From: an uncultured bacterium
GTDB lineage: Bacteria > Verrucomicrobiota > Verrucomicrobiia > Verrucomicrobiales > DEV007
Assembly: GCA_963977015.1 (NCBI GenBank)
Contig: CAXBMO010000006.1
Coordinates: forward strand, 160,001 to 224,000
Reading direction: 5' to 3'
DNA length: 64,000 bases
The translations under genes were made by a program, and so were the position numbers. Positions 9,795 through 19,338 of the stretch are shown here, piece by piece. A model generated the notes under the pieces. It was not told the origin of the DNA. It worked only from the letters and a program-made list of their open reading frames with translations, and made no database searches. Each line of letters opens with the position of its first letter. Within the stretch, counting starts at the first letter, position 1.

Positions 9795-11294
9795 ATGGAA
9801 ATTCCATACACCGTCAATCCCCGTCGCGATACGGGCCTCTTCAATGCAAAAGTTGGCATCTGGCTGTTTTTGGCATCAGAGGTGATGCTCTTTGGGGGAT
9901 TGTTCTCCGCCTACATATTCCTGCGCACCGGCGTTCGTGAAGGCGTTGATATTCCTTGGCCGAACGGACTCGACGTCCATGGCTGGATGTACTGGATCGG
10001 GTTCATCAACACCCTGATTTTGATTGCCTCGAGTGTGTTCGTCGTCATGGCGTGGGCGCAACTCAAGCTTCGGAATTACGGCAAGTATCAGCTCTACATG
10101 GCTGGCGTGTTGATCTGTTCCGCTCTCTTCATGGTCAACAAGGGCTATGAATACAACTCCAAGCTGAATCATCACTTCGGCATCTATCTCACGGATGGGA
10201 CGCTTCTGGATGGTGCCCTCGTTAAGGATGAAAAGCATGGCATCAAGGGCGACGAAATTGTTTTCCAGGCCGATGAGGTGGATTTTGCCTTGGTTGGGAC
10301 TGGTGTGTTTGGAAAGGCCGATCCCTACTTCCTCGATTTCGCAGAGAACAAGGATCTGACCTATGACATCCAACTCTTCAAAGCGGAGTCGGCGGATGGA
10401 AAACTGGAGTTCGTGGAAGGCGAAATGAAGTCAGGTTTGTCGGCCGACCTTATCCCCGGCGTGCTTGATGTTCATATTGCGGAGTTGGAGAAAGCGGCTG
10501 CGGCAGATGCCGTCGAGCGGAAGAAGGCTTTGAAGCAGAAGATTCGCGAAGCTGAGGGAGCTGCAAAGATTGCCCTTCAGAGGGAATTGGCTCTGCTCCG
10601 TCCCATCAAGATTCCAGGCAAGGTCGTTGGAAAGCCTTCCGAGCCTGCCAACTACGTATTTAAGCGGAAGGAAATTTTGGGCGGTAAGCCAGGCAAGGAA
10701 TCGATCGCATTTTTCCGCGGCAATGGGCTGCGGGGAACCTTGGTTGATGACACCGTGGATATCGAGGTTCACACCATCGATCTTCAAATGGTGGCGGTGG
10801 ATACCGAATCGATGGCCTGGGGCAATGACATTTGGTCTCATGGCGAAGGCGAGGCGATGAAAGAAGGCTACCTCCATCACAAGGCGGAAGCGGAAGAGCA
10901 CTACCGGGAATTCATTCAGCAAGGGTATTTCCCGGCTGACAAGATTTACCGCTGGCATCACGCACATGCGGCTCACTCCAAAGCCGAGACCGGAGGAGAG
11001 GACAGCCACAGCGAGTATTCAGTCGTTTCTGTTCCCGGTGATCAGGTGAGAAGGATGGGGAACCATGGACCCAAGTTTGGCCCTTACTATGCAATTTACT
11101 TCACGATGACGGCCTTACACGGACTTCACGTGGTTGGTGGAGCGATTGTGCTTGGCTATTTCCTCTTCTTTGGTCGGAAGCTCTACAAGAAGAATCCTGA
11201 ACACCTTGCCAACCGCGTCGAGGTTGGAGGTTTGTTCTGGCACTTTGTGGATCTGGTTTGGATCTTCCTCTTCCCGCTCTATTATCTCCTTTAA
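9795..11294 (+). CDS. ctaE: Heme-copper oxidase subunit III with large soluble insertion
   Basis: GIWLFLASEVMLFGGLFSAY, NTLILIASS, YFTMTALHGLHV, GLFWHFVDLVWIFLFPLYYL. About 300 extra residues in the middle. Confidence 0.92.
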   Translation: MEIPYTVNPRRDTGLFNAKVGIWLFLASEVMLFGGLFSAYIFLRTGVREGVDIPWPNGLDVHGWMYWIGFINTLILIASSVFVVMAWAQLKLRNYGKYQLYMAGVLICSALFMVNKGYEYNSKLNHHFGIYLTDGTLLDGALVKDEKHGIKGDEIVFQADEVDFALVGTGVFGKADPYFLDFAENKDLTYDIQLFKAESADGKLEFVEGEMKSGLSADLIPGVLDVHIAELEKAAAADAVERKKALKQKIREAEGAAKIALQRELALLRPIKIPGKVVGKPSEPANYVFKRKEILGGKPGKESIAFFRGNGLRGTLVDDTVDIEVHTIDLQMVAVDTESMAWGNDIWSHGEGEAMKEGYLHHKAEAEEHYREFIQQGYFPADKIYRWHHAHAAHSKAETGGEDSHSEYSVVSVPGDQVRRMGNHGPKFGPYYAIYFTMTALHGLHVVGGAIVLGYFLFFGRKLYKKNPEHLANRVEVGGLFWHFVDLVWIFLFPLYYLL

Positions 11295-11297
11295 GTC

Positions 11298-11720
11298 ATG
11301 GCAAGTTCACCCGAAGAAATTCGTAAACACATCAACACCTACTGGAAGGTTGGTGCCGCGCTCTGCGTGTTCACCTGCATCACCCTTGCGCTGGGGATTT
11401 GGCATCCGTTTGATTTTGGTTTTCCCGGTGTCGACACCATCGATATTGTTGTGGGTTTGTTGGTCGCCACCATCAAAACCAGCTTGGTGATGCTGATCTT
11501 CATGCACTTGAACCACGAGCGGGGTTTGATCTACAAGACCCTCCTGTTCACCGTTGCGTTCGCCATTAGTTTGATGGGCCTCTCGTTGTTTGCGAAGGCT
11601 GACCCGATCAAAGCGCATTCCGATGTTACGGTAAAAGTGGACCGCGAAGGCGAGAAGGAACGTATTATTGGTAGTGCGAACCAACCTCACTCCGATTCGA
11701 CGAAGGAGAGTTCCCACTAA
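11298..11720 (+). CDS. ctaF: Prokaryotic cytochrome c oxidase subunit IV
   Basis: Three TM helices, VATIKTSLVMLIFMHL motif, directly after subunit III. Confidence 0.88.
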   Translation: MASSPEEIRKHINTYWKVGAALCVFTCITLALGIWHPFDFGFPGVDTIDIVVGLLVATIKTSLVMLIFMHLNHERGLIYKTLLFTVAFAISLMGLSLFAKADPIKAHSDVTVKVDREGEKERIIGSANQPHSDSTKESSH

Positions 11721-11747
11721 GGAAACACCCATCCGAAACTTCCAACC

Positions 11748-11951
11748 ATGAGTCTGAAGCAATTCCATGTCTTTTTCATCACACTAGCAGTGCTCTGCAC
11801 GTTTAGTTTTGGTGTTTGGGCACTCTTTGCTCCATCAGACATCGTGGGAACATGGGGAAGAGTGGGTGGTTTCTTAAGCGCCGCCATCGGAGTTGCCCTG
11901 GTTCCTTATGGCATCTGGTTCGTCCGGAAATCGAAGAACATCATCACGTAA
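11748..11951 (+). CDS. Small two-TM hypothetical protein in oxidase operon
   Basis: 67 aa, MSLKQFHVFFI start, two hydrophobic helices, co-oriented within the operon. Confidence 0.7.
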   Translation: MSLKQFHVFFITLAVLCTFSFGVWALFAPSDIVGTWGRVGGFLSAAIGVALVPYGIWFVRKSKNIIT

Positions 11952-11983
11952 TCGCACGCGGCCACCCCTGACCTATACTTCCC

Positions 11984-12184
11984 ATGGACCTTCTTAATTT
12001 AGATACCATTCTAGCCTGTCCCGCTTGCCGGTTTAATGACTCCAGTGTAACCCAGGCCGCCAATCTTGCGATCGGGGTCATGGTGATGGTGGTTTTTGGA
12101 GTTCTCAGTGCCTTCATAGCCTTTATTGTCAAACTAGCAAAGGGCGAGCGCGCTGTAGCCGCCGTGGAAACACGCCAGCATTAA
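11984..12184 (+). CDS. Small membrane protein with CPAC motif
   Basis: 66 aa, LACPAC near the N-terminus followed by one TM helix, directly before subunit II. Confidence 0.7.
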   Translation: MDLLNLDTILACPACRFNDSSVTQAANLAIGVMVMVVFGVLSAFIAFIVKLAKGERAVAAVETRQH

Positions 12185-12225
12185 TTGTGTGAGACTGGCT
12201 GGGAAGCCTCAATTGATTTAGTAAA

Positions 12226-13020
12226 ATGGATCCTATTCTTGGTTTTAGTATTAACGAACTTCTTGGACAGCCTGAGTTGGCTTCAAAGCATGGTGGTCAG
12301 ATCGATCACATGCTGGAAGTCGTTCACTGGTTCATGGCCATTCTCGGAATTGGATGGACCATTTTCTTTTTCACCGTTCTCTTCAAATTCAACAAGAGGG
12401 CGAATCCGGCGGCAAGTTACAAGGGAGTAACCTCGCATTTTACGACCCACCTTGAGGTGCTGGTTGTGATTGTCGAAGTCGTTCTGCTCTTGGGTTTCGC
12501 GTTTCCACTCTGGGCCAAGCGCGTTGAGGACATTCCGAGCGAGGACGATCCCAATGTGGTGCGAGTCCGTGCTGTCGGAGAGCAATTCCGATGGAATTTT
12601 CATTATGCAGGAGCTGACGGTCGTTTTGGTTTGGTCAAGCCGGAGAACATCAACGGGACCAATCCTGTTGGTTTGGTCAACGCCGATCCGAATGCCTTTG
12701 ACGACTTCCTCGCGAACGAGCTGATCTTGCCAAAGGATCGGATGTGTATTGTTCAGGTATCCTCCAAAGACGTCATTCATAACCTGGCGCTGATCCCCAT
12801 GCGGATTCAGCAGGACGCGATTCCAGGAATGGAGATTCCGATGTATTTCACCCCAACCAAGACCGGTCGTTGGGACATTGTTTGTGCCCAGCTCTGTGGT
12901 GCAGGCCATGCCAAAATGGTCGCCTTTCTGGACGTTCAGGAACAAGAGGAGTTTGATTCATGGTTTACCCAGAAAACCGAATCTGCTGCTGCCAAGGCAA
13001 CCGCTGCGGCTGCCCAGTAG
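12226..13020 (+). CDS. ctaC: Cytochrome c oxidase subunit II (CuA), no fused cytochrome c
   Basis: Two TM helices, QFRWNFHY, SKDVIH, DAIPG, CAQLCGAGHAKM CuA motif. No CxxCH. Confidence 0.95.
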   Translation: MDPILGFSINELLGQPELASKHGGQIDHMLEVVHWFMAILGIGWTIFFFTVLFKFNKRANPAASYKGVTSHFTTHLEVLVVIVEVVLLLGFAFPLWAKRVEDIPSEDDPNVVRVRAVGEQFRWNFHYAGADGRFGLVKPENINGTNPVGLVNADPNAFDDFLANELILPKDRMCIVQVSSKDVIHNLALIPMRIQQDAIPGMEIPMYFTPTKTGRWDIVCAQLCGAGHAKMVAFLDVQEQEEFDSWFTQKTESAAAKATAAAAQ

Positions 13021-13113
13021 TCTTTTCGTTGGGGATGAGACGGCCCGGGAACTCCTGGGGCTGACACTCATGATCCAAACCCGCGCGAGGCATGATGCTC
13101 GGGCTGTTGAACT

Positions 13114-14112
13114 ATGTCTCTCGTCCTCAGAACTGCTCAAGTAGCGCTCGTTTCGGTCATCGTGCTCGTCTTTGTCGGCGCGATTGTGAGGTCATCCGGC
13201 GCTGGATTGGGATGCCCTGATTGGCCGACTTGCTGGGGACGCATCATTCCTCCCACCAAAGCGGAGCAGATCGATCCGGAGAAGCTGGACATTCCCAGAT
13301 TCAAGCGATACGCGGAGCGCCACGGCATCGACCCCGACACGGTTGAGCGAGAATCGGTTCTGGGTAGCTTCAATGCGGTTCACACTTGGACGGAGTTCAT
13401 CAATCGTCTCACATCGTTGCCCTTGGGGGTATCGACCCTGCTCCTGGCCATCTTCTCGTTTCGGGCAAGCCGTCATCGCAAGTGGGTAGTCGCCTTGGCT
13501 TGGTTTGCCCTCCTCGATGTTCTCTTCAATGCGTGGATGGGGGCCGAAGTCGTCCGCAGTGGATTGAAGCCGGGCATCATCACCCTTCACATGGCGCTCG
13601 CATTGCTGCTGATCTGTGTGCTGGTCACCATCACATGGTTGTCCCGCACCCCAAAGGTGTTGGACATTGGTGAAACCCGCCATCTCCGATGGGTGTCGCT
13701 TCTCTTTTTCGTCTGTCTCTTCGCGGAAGGCATCTTCGGGAGCCAGGTGCGCGAAATGACCGACCAACTGGCCAAAGCGGCTGGAGATATGCCGCGAAGT
13801 GAGTGGATTGGCGCGCTTGCCTCCACCTCCATTTACCAGATTCACCGGAGCTTTTCGTGGTCACTGCTCGTTTCCGCCGGAGCCGTGTTCTGGCTTGCCC
13901 GGCGCAGCAGGAGCGGCGCTGAGGCTTGGGAGCCCAAAGTGATCCTTGGAATCGTTCTCGCCATGATGTGCATGGGAATCATTCTCGCCCACGTTGCGAT
14001 TTATCCCGTCGTTCAGGTCCTCCACGTTGGACTCACCGCAATTTTGCTTGCCGTAACCTGGAAATGGGTGCTGGAAGTCTTATCCGCCCCACGCCATGAG
14101 CACTCCATCTGA
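13114..14112 (+). CDS. ctaA: Heme A synthase (COX15/CtaA)
   Basis: GAGLGCPDWPTCWG, WTEFINRL, LHM, IHRSFS, LHV motifs. Confidence 0.9.
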   Translation: MSLVLRTAQVALVSVIVLVFVGAIVRSSGAGLGCPDWPTCWGRIIPPTKAEQIDPEKLDIPRFKRYAERHGIDPDTVERESVLGSFNAVHTWTEFINRLTSLPLGVSTLLLAIFSFRASRHRKWVVALAWFALLDVLFNAWMGAEVVRSGLKPGIITLHMALALLLICVLVTITWLSRTPKVLDIGETRHLRWVSLLFFVCLFAEGIFGSQVREMTDQLAKAAGDMPRSEWIGALASTSIYQIHRSFSWSLLVSAGAVFWLARRSRSGAEAWEPKVILGIVLAMMCMGIILAHVAIYPVVQVLHVGLTAILLAVTWKWVLEVLSAPRHEHSI

Positions 14113-14974
14113 TATTCCTTCTCGCGCCGATCTCGTCGAGCTCACCAAAGCTCGGTTGAGCATCATGGTGGTCGTGACAACGGGGGCCGGCTTCATCTCC
14201 GGTTGGCCTGACGAGACGCCATTCCATTTCGCGCTTCTGTTTCACACCGTTTTTGGAACGATTTTGTCCGCCTTTGGCGCCGCCGTCTTCAATCAGCTGA
14301 TGGAGATTCAGGCCGACAAGAAGATGAAACGCACGGCAGACCGGCCGTTGCCTGCGGGGCGCATTCCGCCGGCTGGTGCGTTTGTGATTGGTTGGGTGTT
14401 GTCCGCCTTTGGCGTGGTTCACCTCGGTGTCAAAGTCAATACCTGGGCCGCGGTCATCGCCGGCCTTACGTTGGTGGTTTACATCTTCATCTACACGCCC
14501 CTCAAGCGCCGTTCGAGTTGGAACACGATTGTCGGCGCGGTCGCGGGTGCGCTTCCTCCGGTGATCGGCTGGGTTGGAGCGGGCCGGGGCTTGGATGCTG
14601 GAGCACTCTGGTGGTTTGCCCTGCTGTTCTTTTGGCAGCTTCCCCACTTCTTCGCCATCAACTGGATTTACCGGGAAGAGTATCAGAAAGGGGGCTTCAT
14701 CATGTTGGCCAATCAGGATGACGATGGGAGCAAGACATCGCGTTGGGCGCTCATCTTTGCCGTCTCGTTGGTGCTGCTGGCGTTCGTTGCACCCGTGGCT
14801 GAAATCACGCGGTGGTGGTTTGTCTTTCCCGGAGCCCTTGCGGCGGGATGGCTCGTGATGCTGTCGCTCAAGTTCGTCAAAACGCCCGAACGTTCGACCG
14901 GACGCCGTCTCTTTTTCGGGACCTTGATCTATCTGCCGATCGTGCTTGTTGCAGCGCTGCTCGCGAAGCCGTAG
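14096..14974 (+). CDS. ctaB: Protoheme IX farnesyltransferase (heme O synthase)
   Basis: ELTKARL, DKKMKRTADRPLPAGRI, YTPLKR, GALPPVIGW, FWQLPHF, YREEY. Confidence 0.95.
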   Translation: MSTPSDIPSRADLVELTKARLSIMVVVTTGAGFISGWPDETPFHFALLFHTVFGTILSAFGAAVFNQLMEIQADKKMKRTADRPLPAGRIPPAGAFVIGWVLSAFGVVHLGVKVNTWAAVIAGLTLVVYIFIYTPLKRRSSWNTIVGAVAGALPPVIGWVGAGRGLDAGALWWFALLFFWQLPHFFAINWIYREEYQKGGFIMLANQDDDGSKTSRWALIFAVSLVLLAFVAPVAEITRWWFVFPGALAAGWLVMLSLKFVKTPERSTGRRLFFGTLIYLPIVLVAALLAKP

Positions 14975-14985
14975 CATGGTTGGCG

Positions 14986-15498
14986 ATGGAGCCATTCGAA
15001 CTCAATACGGAGCGCCTCCAATTGCGTCACCTCGGCTTGGACGACTTTGACGCGATGCGCGAGATCCAGGGCGACGACGAAACGATGAGTTTCTACGGTG
15101 GTGCGTTTTGTTCCGAGAAAACCACGAACTGGATCGAACGAAGTCTCGCTTCCTACGCAGAAAACGGATTTGGGCTCTGGGCCGTCATTCATCGCCAGGA
15201 AGCGCGCTTGGTGGGGCTGTGCGGAATCACCTATCAACTTATCGATGGGGAGCAAATCCCCGAAATCGGTTATCAGTTCAATCGCAACTATTGGGGGCGG
15301 GGTCTCGCCACGGAAGCGGCGATCGCCTGTCGAGATCATGGATTCACGGAACTGCGCTTCCCGAGGTTGGTGTCGTGGATGGCGCCGGACAACTTTCCCT
15401 CCCGCCGGGTCGCCGAACGTGTCGGAATGACGATGTGGAAGGAAGTCATCAATTCCAAAACCGGAACTCCCCATGTGGTCTACGCGATCGAGCCATGA
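14986..15498 (+). CDS. GNAT N-acetyltransferase (RimJ/RimL family)
   Basis: ATG at 14986, TERLQLR, GFGLWAV, EIGY...YWGRGLATEAA, N.PSRRVAERVGM. Confidence 0.9.
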   Translation: MEPFELNTERLQLRHLGLDDFDAMREIQGDDETMSFYGGAFCSEKTTNWIERSLASYAENGFGLWAVIHRQEARLVGLCGITYQLIDGEQIPEIGYQFNRNYWGRGLATEAAIACRDHGFTELRFPRLVSWMAPDNFPSRRVAERVGMTMWKEVINSKTGTPHVVYAIEP

Positions 15499-15505
15499 CC
15501 GCGAC

Positions 15506-18445
15506 CTACTCGAACAACGCCGCAACATCGTCTTCCTCAAACTTGAGCTTCGCGCTTTCGCCGCCACTCAGGATTCCCTCCGCCAGAGCGGCTTTGCGTT
15601 TCTGCATCGCGACGATCTTTTCCTCGACCGTTCCTTCGGCGATCATCTTGTAAACAAAGACGGGACGTTGCTGCCCAATCCGGTAAGCCCGATCCGTTGC
15701 CTGGTTCTCGACCTGGGGATTCCACCACGGATCGTAATGAATGACGGTGTTCGCTTCCGTCAGGTTCAATCCGGTACCGCCTGCGCGGAGACTGATCAGG
15801 AAGAGGGGAACCTTGCCGGATTGAAACGCATCGACTGCCCGCCCACGATTCTGCGTGCTGCCGGTCAGCTTCACATGATCAATCTTCGCGGCGTGAAGTT
15901 GCTCTTCAATCAGCTTCAACATGCTCGTAAACTGGGAAAAAACCAGAATCCGGTGCCCGTCGCCGAGCATGTCGGGAAGCAACTCCATCAACTCGGCCAA
16001 CTTCGCGCTGTGCTGCCAGGTGAGCCCCTCTTCGCCCAGTTTCGCGAGCCTCGGATCGCAGCAAATCTGGCGCAGCTTCATCAAGGCATCGAGAATCACG
16101 ATTTGCGATCGAGCCAGGCCGCGTTCCGCGATTTCACTTTTCACCTTCTTGTGCATCGCCACGCGAACACTCTCGTACACATCGGCCTGCTTCCGCGTCA
16201 TCTCGACGGGATGGTCGATCTCCGTCTTCGGCGGCAATTCACTCACCACTTCGATTTTCTTGCGTCGCAGCAAGAACGGCTTCACCCGGCGCGTCAGCAC
16301 ACCCAGCATCGCCTCGTTCTGTTCCTGCTCGATTGGAATGCGGAACTGGCGCTTGAAGGATTCCTCCTCGCCGAGGAATCCCGGCATCAGGAAGTGGAAC
16401 AAACTCCACAGTTCGCCCAAGTGGTTCTCAATTGGTGTTCCGGTCAGGCAGAGGCGACGGTCGCTCTTCAGTTTGCTGAGAACTTCGGTTACTTTGGAGT
16501 TCGGGTTCTTAATGAACTGAGCCTCGTCGAGGATGATCCAGGAGTAGTTGATCTCCGCATGGCGAAACGCATCGCGACGCATCAAACCATAGGTCGTGAT
16601 CACGATGTCCGCGTTCGACACCGCGCGAAACTGTTGCAGGCGATCATTCCCATGCAGGGTGATCGCGACGAGATGGGGCGCGAATTTCTCCAGTTCATCG
16701 CGCCAGTTCTTCATCAAACTCGTCGGCGCGACCAAGAGGGCAGGGCGGTCGAGCCGTCCCGCGTCTTTCTCGCTCACCAGATGGGCAATCGTCTGGAGCG
16801 TCTTCCCCAGTCCCATGTCATCCGCCAGCACCCCGTTCAATTGGTTCTCCGCGAGGAACCGCAGCCAACCCACGCCGATCTTCTGATAGTCGCGAAGCTC
16901 GGCTTGGAGCTTTTCTGGATCTGCGACCGGAGCGATCGTGATTCCGTCACGCAGAATTCGTGCAATCTGCCGCACCGACTCCGGAATCCCCGGGATTTCG
17001 CCATCCACCTCGAACAACTCCGCCAACTCCGCCGCGCGCAGCGAGCCGACCTCCATCTTCTCGCCCGCATGAAAGGGATCGCGATCGTACAGCTCAAAGA
17101 TGCGTTCCACCATGGCGGCAAAGCGTTCGCCGGTGAAGACATGCGTCATCCCACCGATTGTTGGAACGAAAAACACTTGGCCTGCGATCTCATCCCGAAA
17201 CTGATCCGGCGATACCTTCGCATAGCGCTTCAACAAATCGTGAACCAGTGGCAACAGATTCACCCGCTTTCCATCCACCAGAATCCCAAGCTCAAATTCA
17301 AACCAGCCCTGCTTTTCGGAAGGGCCAATCGTCACCACATTCTCCGTTGGAGCCACCGCCAACCGGCGTTGTCCCTCAAACCGAAACGTCCAACCCCGCT
17401 TCTCCAATTCACCTTGAGCGTGCGCCAGAAAATGATGCCAACGACTCTGTCCCACGGCGGGCGCCGAAGGATCGGTCGTCTCCTCTGGCGGAACCACAAA
17501 ATCATTCGCCGCATCCTCCAATTCATACCCGGCGCCCACCTCCGCCAATGGCTTCAAACCCAGCTTCAACAACCATTCCGCCTCTTTCGTTTCCAAGTTC
17601 CGGTTCCGCTGAATCTCGATCAACTCGTTTTCCTGTACCGTCGTCGCAGCCGCCCGTTTCGATTGGTAACGCAGGAGATGTCCGTCGTAATCAAAAGTCA
17701 ATTTCCCGACAAACAGCTTCAGTGGACAGCCCAACGCTCGGGGATAGAATTCCCGTTGGCGAATGTCGAACACCGGCCTGGGGATGACATTCGTCACCGT
17801 CCGTTTCTTGAACGCGCCGGGCTCGGGCACCTTGCACTCTGGAAACTTCTTCGCCATCTCCGCAAAAAAATGCGATGCCATCTCGGCTTCCATCTCCCCT
17901 GTATTCAGCCACGCGCAGGCCAACGTGCTCGGAAAGCCGCACTCCACCTCCATCACCTCTCCGGTCATCAAATCGACGCCCGCAAGGGGCGCAGTCGCCA
18001 CAATCTCCAGGTTCGATGTTGTTTCCAGGCAGGGGCGTTGCGTCGGCAACACCGCATCCTTTCCCTTGGGATCCAGCAACTTCCAGCCCAGCTTTGCCCG
18101 CACCTTGCGCTCGCTCCAGTGGAGCGCCGTCGTCCCTTCCTCCCACACACATCGCCCCGTCCTCACAATATCCTCCAAAATCTGAAACCCCACCTTTCCC
18201 GTGAACTGAATCTGCTGTTGCTCCTTCGACGCCGCCATGTAGAGCCGCATCAAAATCCGCCGATCCTGTGCCGTCACAAACTCCTTCTTTCCCAGTCGTT
18301 GCAGCCCCTTCTTGTCATAGAGCGGCTTCGATCGTTTCAAATTCGAGCCCGGAAAGCGAATTTCACACAACGTCGCCCCATCCTCACCTGGGGTGAGCAC
18401 ATAGGTCATTAACTCCTCGCTGGCAGCGGCGGCAGACATCATCAA
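15506..18445 (-). CDS. SNF2-family DEAD/DEAH helicase-like ATPase
   Basis: LRDYQ..G, GVLADDMGLGKT, ILDEAQFIKN, LTGTPIEN, FSQF, ISLRAGGTGLNL, DPWWNP..ENQATDRAYRIGQ. Start uncertain (ATG 18409 also possible). Confidence 0.95.
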   Translation of the reverse strand: MMMSAAAASEELMTYVLTPGEDGATLCEIRFPGSNLKRSKPLYDKKGLQRLGKKEFVTAQDRRILMRLYMAASKEQQQIQFTGKVGFQILEDIVRTGRCVWEEGTTALHWSERKVRAKLGWKLLDPKGKDAVLPTQRPCLETTSNLEIVATAPLAGVDLMTGEVMEVECGFPSTLACAWLNTGEMEAEMASHFFAEMAKKFPECKVPEPGAFKKRTVTNVIPRPVFDIRQREFYPRALGCPLKLFVGKLTFDYDGHLLRYQSKRAAATTVQENELIEIQRNRNLETKEAEWLLKLGLKPLAEVGAGYELEDAANDFVVPPEETTDPSAPAVGQSRWHHFLAHAQGELEKRGWTFRFEGQRRLAVAPTENVVTIGPSEKQGWFEFELGILVDGKRVNLLPLVHDLLKRYAKVSPDQFRDEIAGQVFFVPTIGGMTHVFTGERFAAMVERIFELYDRDPFHAGEKMEVGSLRAAELAELFEVDGEIPGIPESVRQIARILRDGITIAPVADPEKLQAELRDYQKIGVGWLRFLAENQLNGVLADDMGLGKTLQTIAHLVSEKDAGRLDRPALLVAPTSLMKNWRDELEKFAPHLVAITLHGNDRLQQFRAVSNADIVITTYGLMRRDAFRHAEINYSWIILDEAQFIKNPNSKVTEVLSKLKSDRRLCLTGTPIENHLGELWSLFHFLMPGFLGEEESFKRQFRIPIEQEQNEAMLGVLTRRVKPFLLRRKKIEVVSELPPKTEIDHPVEMTRKQADVYESVRVAMHKKVKSEIAERGLARSQIVILDALMKLRQICCDPRLAKLGEEGLTWQHSAKLAELMELLPDMLGDGHRILVFSQFTSMLKLIEEQLHAAKIDHVKLTGSTQNRGRAVDAFQSGKVPLFLISLRAGGTGLNLTEANTVIHYDPWWNPQVENQATDRAYRIGQQRPVFVYKMIAEGTVEEKIVAMQKRKAALAEGILSGGESAKLKFEEDDVAALFE

Positions 18446-18639
18446 CGTTCGGGAAATAGACTGCCGAGAACTATTGGAAATTCAACTGCTCTTAACTACT
18501 TTAGAGTGAAGCGCATCGTAAGTTGGATCGCCGATTTGGGGCCACAACCTCAGCCGCCAATTCCTCGAGGCGGCCAAGCCTAACGGAGCACCTGACTAAA
18601 ATAGGTCGAAAAGTTAGAGACGAACTTCTTGCGCACAAT

Positions 18640-19233
18640 TCAAGCGGCCGGGACACATCGCCCTGTCAGGAAGGAGACGTGGATTTTCACGGTCGCGGCG
18701 AGGAGCTGCTCGAGTTCCGCAACCTCCTTCACCGAATACTTCAACTCCGCGGTCGAGACCGCGATCAAGCGGGCCACCAGCTCAATTCCCAATCCCGCCT
18801 TGGCCAGGGCGTCCCGGTTCGTCTCCGGGTCGGAGCGAATGGCATCCGCGAGCTGTTCTTCGAACATTTTCAGCATCCGCTTGCGGAGATCGGGGGCGAA
18901 GGAGTAAACGAAATCCAGAAGTTCCTGCGATTCGGGGCTGGTTTGGATCAGTTTGAAGGGGGCCAGGATCCAGGCATCGAGAATGGCCGTCATCCTGGCT
19001 TCCATTCCGGAGCATTGACTGGCGTTCTCCTGCGCCTCCTGAAACGAATGGTCGATCTTCCGGGTGATCACAGCTCTGAGGATCTCTTCCTTATTGCAGT
19101 AGACCAAGTAGACGGAGGGACGCGACATCCCGGCACCGCGGGCGATGTCGCCCATGGTGGCTTTCTTGAAGCCGTAACGGAGGAACACCTCCTGGGCGGC
19201 ATCGAGAATTTTGCACTGTTTTTCGGAATCCAA
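18640..19233 (-). CDS. TetR/AcrR family transcriptional regulator
   Basis: ILDAAQEVFLRYGFKKATMGDIARGAGMSRPSVYLVY.NKEEI HTH. Divergent from the RND operon. Start taken at TTG 19233 (GTG 19242 possible). Confidence 0.9.
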   Translation of the reverse strand: MDSEKQCKILDAAQEVFLRYGFKKATMGDIARGAGMSRPSVYLVYCNKEEILRAVITRKIDHSFQEAQENASQCSGMEARMTAILDAWILAPFKLIQTSPESQELLDFVYSFAPDLRKRMLKMFEEQLADAIRSDPETNRDALAKAGLGIELVARLIAVSTAELKYSVKEVAELEQLLAATVKIHVSFLTGRCVPAA

Positions 19234-19243
19234 GAAAAACACG

Positions 19244-19268
19244 TTGACACTTTTTGGTAAAGTGTCAA
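19244..19268. promoter_or_regulatory. Putative TetR operator 1
   Basis: Perfect 10-bp inverted repeat TTGACACTTT-TTGGT-AAAGTGTCAA in the divergent intergenic region. Confidence 0.75.
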
Positions 19269-19280
19269 GAATGCGCGGCG

Positions 19281-19305
19281 CTGACAATTTTACAAAAACT
19301 GTCAG
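19281..19305. promoter_or_regulatory. Putative TetR operator 2
   Basis: CTGACAATTT-TACAA-AAACTGTCAG, 9/10 inverted repeat with the same TGACA-N13-TGTCA spacing as operator 1. Confidence 0.72.
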
Positions 19306-19338
19306 AAGTTCTCTCCTCGCCACACTCCTCCCGCTCTC

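Noticed and set aside
12883-12918. CuA motif CAQLC in place of CxExC
   Set aside because: That residue ligates CuA through its backbone carbonyl and Gln is a common variant.
13385-13412. His-to-Asn change in CtaA (EFINRL)
   Set aside because: A recognised natural variant among CtaA proteins. The other motifs are intact.
15473-18412. 979-aa plus-strand ORF
   Set aside because: Antisense shadow of the SNF2 gene with no recognisable motifs, expected from high GC3.
18490-18620. attC-like cores (GCCTAAC...GTTAGAG) between SNF2 and tetR
   Set aside because: Too short and no pairing inner arms.
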